DNA of 61,265 bases, counting the filler, from Aduncisulcus paluster (Eukaryota): assembly GCA_024181965.1 (NCBI GenBank). It is 5 parts of 5 records of this genome, joined end to end, with 100 filler letters (N's around TTAATTAATTAA, not from the genome) between each part and the next. Parts side by side here need not be neighbours in the genome. Positions count along the whole stretch, not along the records: positions 38,625 to 61,265 come from BQXS01010990.1; 4 more parts are not named here. The stretch is one strand, 5' to 3'. Below the pieces are notes generated by a model, which was given only the letters and a program-made list of their open reading frames with translations, did not search any database and was not told the DNA's origin. This document shows positions 56,947 through 61,265 of the stretch, piece by piece. Every line of letters begins with the position of its first letter. Within the stretch, counting starts at the first letter, position 1. A program made the translations under genes and the position numbers.

Positions 56947-58803
56947 ATGAGATTTGATGAAATTGTTTCATTGAGTGGATTTGTTGCCTCTTTAAGTGCT
57001 CCACAAGCATCAATTCAAAAGGCTTGTTTCACTTGTGAAAAATGTAAAAAAACTCATTTTATTAGCACATCTACATCTCCTCCGTCTATTTGCCCTCAGT
57101 GCGGATGGAGAGTTCTTCACTTTGTGAGTAGTAAGAGTATTTTCGATGGTAAACAAACTATTAAACTGCAACAGATGCCCGAAGATGTTGAAGCTGGACA
57201 AACTCCAAAGATACACACTATTATTGTGTATGGAAAGATGTTAGATATAGTTAAAGCAGGTGATAGAGTGAAAGTTACTGGTATATATCGTGGAGAACCT
57301 GTTAGCGGGCAGATTGGTCGTTGCAAGAGTGTTTTGACAACATATGTCGAAGCCACCATGATTGAGCGCCTTGCCGATGCTGAATATAAAGGTGAAGAGG
57401 AAGATAAAGAAGAAGAATCTGAGTACACCCATACAGCCTCCCACACCCATACTGCATCTCACACTTTCACTCAAACCATGTCTTCTGATGAAGATGATCC
57501 CAGAAAAGAGGATTGGGAAGCTGCATACAAGGAATTAAAGGAAATTATCCTTGAACATGAGGAGAAAGAGAGTTATTTCGAGGTGGAGGAGAGCAGTGAA
57601 GAAGAATCTGAAGACGAACAGGTCGGAAAGAAAACTGAGGAAGAAGAAATCGGTGGATCAGAGATATTTATATCACCAGTTGAGAAACAATGGTATTACA
57701 CAATTGCTGGTCGCAGTGACGTGATGGATATCTTGATTCGTTCTTTCTGCTCAGATATCTGTGGCCATGATGACATTAAGCGCGGTATAATTCTTCAGAT
57801 GCTTCGGGGTGTTGAGAAGGAGTCAGAAAGTGCATCAAGTCGTGGGGATATTCATATTCTTTTGTGTGGTGATCCAGGTACAGCCAAGTCCCAATTCCTC
57901 ACGCAAGTCAATGCTCTGATCCCACGTGGAGTCTACACATCAGGAAAATCAAGCTCTGCCGTCGGTCTTACTGCCGCCGTGAAGAAGGATCCAGACACTC
58001 GTGAATTCACCCTCGAAAGTGGAGCTCTTGTTTTGTCTGATGGAGGTATCTGTTGCATTGATGAGTTTGATAAGATGGGAGATTCCTCCCGTGCTGTTTT
58101 GCATGAAGTTCTCGAGCAGCAAACTGTGTCTATCGCCAAAGCTGGAATTGTCACATCTTTGAGTGCTCACACCTCAGTTCTTGCTGCTGCCAACCCAAGA
58201 TACTCAAGGTACGATCCAAGGAAGAGTGTTGTGGAAAACATTGATCTTCCTTCTTCCCTTTTGAGTCGTTTTGACCTTGTCTTCCTTGTTCTCGACACCC
58301 CCAATGCTGACCGTGATAAAGAGATTGCCCTTAAGATCATTAGTCTGTTTTATAAGGAACCTTCCACTGAAACTCCTGTGCTAATCCCTCGGAGGAAGAG
58401 AGGGGAATCTGACTCAGATTGGAGTGACAGACGTCTCCGTGACATTTACACGCTTAAGCATTGTCCAATGTTGCCTCTTGAGGTGCTTCGTGGGTTCTTG
58501 TTGTTTGCACGTGAGTATTGCAAACCCAAACTCTCCGCTGAAGCCAGAGCAGAGCTTAAGGAGTGTTTTTTGAGAATGAGAGACCAGAGTACATCCTCCA
58601 AGACCGTCAATGTTGCTCCAAGGCATTTGGAAAGCCTTATTAGGTTGGCTGAAGCCCATGCAAAGACAAGATTGGCCAAGAAAGTCAAGAAAGCTGATGT
58701 TGCTATTGCCTACAAATTATTGAAGAATGCTCTTCTCCTTGATATAACAGACAAAGAAAGCGGTATTGTCAACTATCAAGCTCTCAACCAAGGGGGATAT
58801 TAA
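56947..58803 (+). CDS. MCM4: MCM4-like helicase subunit lacking the N-terminal helical subdomain and C-terminal winged helix
   Basis: C4 zinc finger (CEKC/CPQC), KLQQ.PE...GQTP, GDPGTAKSQ, SSAVGLTA, IDEFDKM, EQQTVSIAKAG, ENIDLPSSLLSRFDL, PRHLESLIRLAEAHAK. Confidence 0.85.
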   Translation: MRFDEIVSLSGFVASLSAPQASIQKACFTCEKCKKTHFISTSTSPPSICPQCGWRVLHFVSSKSIFDGKQTIKLQQMPEDVEAGQTPKIHTIIVYGKMLDIVKAGDRVKVTGIYRGEPVSGQIGRCKSVLTTYVEATMIERLADAEYKGEEEDKEEESEYTHTASHTHTASHTFTQTMSSDEDDPRKEDWEAAYKELKEIILEHEEKESYFEVEESSEEESEDEQVGKKTEEEEIGGSEIFISPVEKQWYYTIAGRSDVMDILIRSFCSDICGHDDIKRGIILQMLRGVEKESESASSRGDIHILLCGDPGTAKSQFLTQVNALIPRGVYTSGKSSSAVGLTAAVKKDPDTREFTLESGALVLSDGGICCIDEFDKMGDSSRAVLHEVLEQQTVSIAKAGIVTSLSAHTSVLAAANPRYSRYDPRKSVVENIDLPSSLLSRFDLVFLVLDTPNADRDKEIALKIISLFYKEPSTETPVLIPRRKRGESDSDWSDRRLRDIYTLKHCPMLPLEVLRGFLLFAREYCKPKLSAEARAELKECFLRMRDQSTSSKTVNVAPRHLESLIRLAEAHAKTRLAKKVKKADVAIAYKLLKNALLLDITDKESGIVNYQALNQGGY

Positions 58804-59133
58804 ATCACGAATTCAAGCTTATATTTATTGATATTCTTTTGAAATGGCACTCATTTTGCTTTTCTTGCTATCGTGGAGGTTTTGGTAGGCGAGAGATTCG
58901 AAATTTTTTCTTACTCAAAAACGGTGTTTATTTCATCCATAAAAAGCCATAAAAATGTGAATATAATCATCTGAAATTGTAAATTCATGTAAAAATACAC
59001 TGAATATTGATATTTCATTAAGATATGTATTCAAACATTTTTTGGACCAAAAATAAAATATAAAACTTTGAAATTTCTTCAATATAAATAATTCTTAAGA
59101 ATTTTCTTTCTTTGTTATTACTATATATTCTTA

Positions 59134-60798
59134 TTATTTGCAGAGATTACCAACAATCTCAAGGACGTAATCGCATGTCTCAGTGACACTATCAACATGG
59201 ACTCTTTCAGAAGGAGTATGAGGATCTCTCACAGATGGACCCACAGCAATCGCAGCAAGCATAGTTCCCCTGTGCTTCTCAAGAATAACAGAAGCTTCGA
59301 GACCAGCATGGATGGTGTATACAGTCACATCCTTATCCTTCCAGACTTTCTTTCCAGCTTCAATGAGGCCGAAGCATTCGCGTGCTTCGGGTGGAGCCGG
59401 ACTCCAAGGCGGGTAAGCACCTCTCTTGGGAGAAACCGTGGCATCATAGGTTGAAACACACTTTCCAAACACTTCGTATAGATGATCCAAACCAGATTCT
59501 TTGCTGGAACGAGCACTGGCAGTGAATTTAATGAGGTCATGTTCCCTATCGAGGTGAACAATAGTGGTGGCAGCAGAGGTGACAACTTCTTTCTCGTCAT
59601 TCTCTTCAAACACACCAAATGGGACATCGATGGCAAGCTTTATGAGTTCATCAAGCTCTGTGGAACCAAGACATCCCTGTTTCTTCGTGGAACCAGCCAT
59701 AGGCATCTCACCACAGCTGCAACAGCCAGAAACACGACCACAGCATTGAGTACACTTAGATACAGTGAAATAATGAGAGAGAGGGTTTGATTCCAAATCA
59801 ACATCCGTTTTATCGACGAGATACTTCTTTGCTCCCTCGTTTAAGCAGGCAACGATCTCCGCTTCAGAAGCTTTATCAACTAAGATACAGGCATCTCCTT
59901 CAGCAGGGATAGCGTTGTGGGCAACTCCACTATCGCAGGAACACATGAAGAGAGGGGCACGGGGTTTAGATGTCCTCAAGTGCTGTAAAGAGTGGAAAAT
60001 ACATTTCAAAGCAGACATTCTGTTTTTGTTGATATCATCTCCAGTGTGTCCACCTCTTCCTCCACGAACCTTAATGTCAAGGGCTGAAAAAGAAGGAGGA
60101 GGAGTGATTGGAGTGAATGGGTTTATAGGAGAGAATTTCTTTGTCATGTCAATAGTAAACCCACCACAACAACCAATAACAACGTGATGAACATCTTCTT
60201 CATCAAGGTTGATAAGATATTTGCTCTTGAGACAGTGTTCCTTGCATCCCAGAGCACCATCAAGACCAGTCTCTTCATCAATAGTGAAAAGTGCTTCAAG
60301 AGGAGGATGGGGGAATTCTGAACCATCACGAGTCATGAGATCAAGGGCAATGGCAATCCCAATTCCATCATCAGCACCAAGAGTTGTCCTGTGAGCCTTA
60401 ATCCAGTCTTCACCATCAACGACAATTTTCTCAGGAATAACTGGATCTTTCGTCAAATCATGTTTGTATTCACTTTCTTTAAGGGCAACGATATCCATAT
60501 GAGCTTGGAAACAAATGGTTGGAGCAGATTCTAACTCAGGAACGTTAGCTGGTGTTGTCATAATGACATTTCCTACTTCATCCACTTCGCTCTTCAAATG
60601 GAACATCTCGGCAAGTTCGAGGAGGTATTTTCTAATTCCATCGCAATTTCCAGATCCTCTAGGGATTTCAATGAAGGATAAGAACAAAGCCCATGTACGA
60701 TCGGCGAAAGGTTTTCCTTCACGACTTTCTAGCCAGTTATAGATCTCACGGCATTTTTCAGTTTTAATTAAATGTAATAAGGAGGTGGATGATGACAT
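59134..60798 (-). CDS. pepD: Aminoacyl-histidine dipeptidase (peptidase M20C, PepD family)
   Basis: IPRGSGN, QAHMDIV, TTLGADDGIG, FTIDEETGLDGA, INLDEED, GGHTG.DI, NAIP, IHAGLE, HTPSE. Confidence 0.93.
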   Translation of the reverse strand: MSSSTSLLHLIKTEKCREIYNWLESREGKPFADRTWALFLSFIEIPRGSGNCDGIRKYLLELAEMFHLKSEVDEVGNVIMTTPANVPELESAPTICFQAHMDIVALKESEYKHDLTKDPVIPEKIVVDGEDWIKAHRTTLGADDGIGIAIALDLMTRDGSEFPHPPLEALFTIDEETGLDGALGCKEHCLKSKYLINLDEEDVHHVVIGCCGGFTIDMTKKFSPINPFTPITPPPSFSALDIKVRGGRGGHTGDDINKNRMSALKCIFHSLQHLRTSKPRAPLFMCSCDSGVAHNAIPAEGDACILVDKASEAEIVACLNEGAKKYLVDKTDVDLESNPLSHYFTVSKCTQCCGRVSGCCSCGEMPMAGSTKKQGCLGSTELDELIKLAIDVPFGVFEENDEKEVVTSAATTIVHLDREHDLIKFTASARSSKESGLDHLYEVFGKCVSTYDATVSPKRGAYPPWSPAPPEARECFGLIEAGKKVWKDKDVTVYTIHAGLEASVILEKHRGTMLAAIAVGPSVRDPHTPSERVHVDSVTETCDYVLEIVGNLCK

Positions 60799-61044
60799 TC
60801 TTACTTTGAATAATGTTGTCAAATGTTGTTTACAAATTCAAAATTATATGTCCATCTTCTAGAACTCGTAATATTAATATTCCACGGCTTTAATCGCTCA
60901 AAATATTCATTTTGGCTTTTTTTATTAACTAAATTTGTTGATTAAGCCAAAATAATTTGTTTCAATCAGGCGAATTTCAAAAAATCAATTATAGTTCGAA
61001 AATTCTTTATTATGACAAATGCTTACAAGTTGAAATTAAGGAAC

Positions 61045-61265
61045 TTAGAAGTCACCCTCCATTTCGTCCTCACCTTCCATCTCTTCACCCTCGTCATCGT
61101 CGACGGAGGCGTCCTGGTATTGTTGGTACTCAGAGACAAGATCGGTCATGTTCATCTCAGCTTCAGAGAATTCCATGTCATCCATACCCTCACCAGTGTA
61201 CCAGTGAAGGAAAGCTCTACGAGTGAACATAGCACGGAATTGGTCATGGACACGACGGAAGAGCT
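61045..61265 (-). CDS. TUBB: Beta-tubulin C-terminus (divergent), 5'-partial
   Basis: [53 protein letters not shown] followed by an acidic tail. Confidence 0.95.
   Translation of the reverse strand, partial: LFRRVHDQFRAMFTRRAFLHWYTGEGMDDMEFSEAEMNMTDLVSEYQQYQDASVDDDEGEEMEGEDEMEGDF

Noticed and set aside
1-61265. Alternative genetic code (TAA/TAG = Gln as in hexamitid diplomonads), selenoproteins, CRISPR arrays, rRNA
   Set aside because: Conserved genes end at TAA (tubulin, PepD), TAG (GCP3) and TGA (VPS4, PI3K) at expected positions. I saw no in-frame TGA in conserved domains, no spaced repeat array and no rRNA-like sequence.

Overview
Gene-dense, intron-poor eukaryotic DNA. It uses the standard genetic code (TAA, TAG and TGA all act as stops) and has many poly-Ser/Glu tracts. 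It is most likely a free-living fornicate (metamonad) flagellate such as Aduncisulcus; that assignment is an inference. The window is not contiguous: five scaffolds are joined by 100-nt N/TTAATTAATTAA linkers, and four 20-N gaps have duplicated flanks that split or inflate genes. Recognisable genes: a kinesin-14 with a spliced N-terminal ubiquitin-like domain (missed by the ORF track), UTP4, GCP3, DCAF12-like, CysRS with a CCHC zinc knuckle, VPS4, ODAD2/ARMC4, riboflavin kinase, a two-intron RAD51 paralogue, AIP1/WDR1, a BPI/LBP protein, PKA-C, an EF-hand protein, class I PI3K, an MCM4-like protein truncated at both ends, PepD, a divergent beta-tubulin and several lineage-type protein kinases. 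I inferred five short GTAYGT...YAG introns by hand. I could not support any rRNA, tRNA, CRISPR array or intact transposon. All identifications come from motif recognition; no searches were run.
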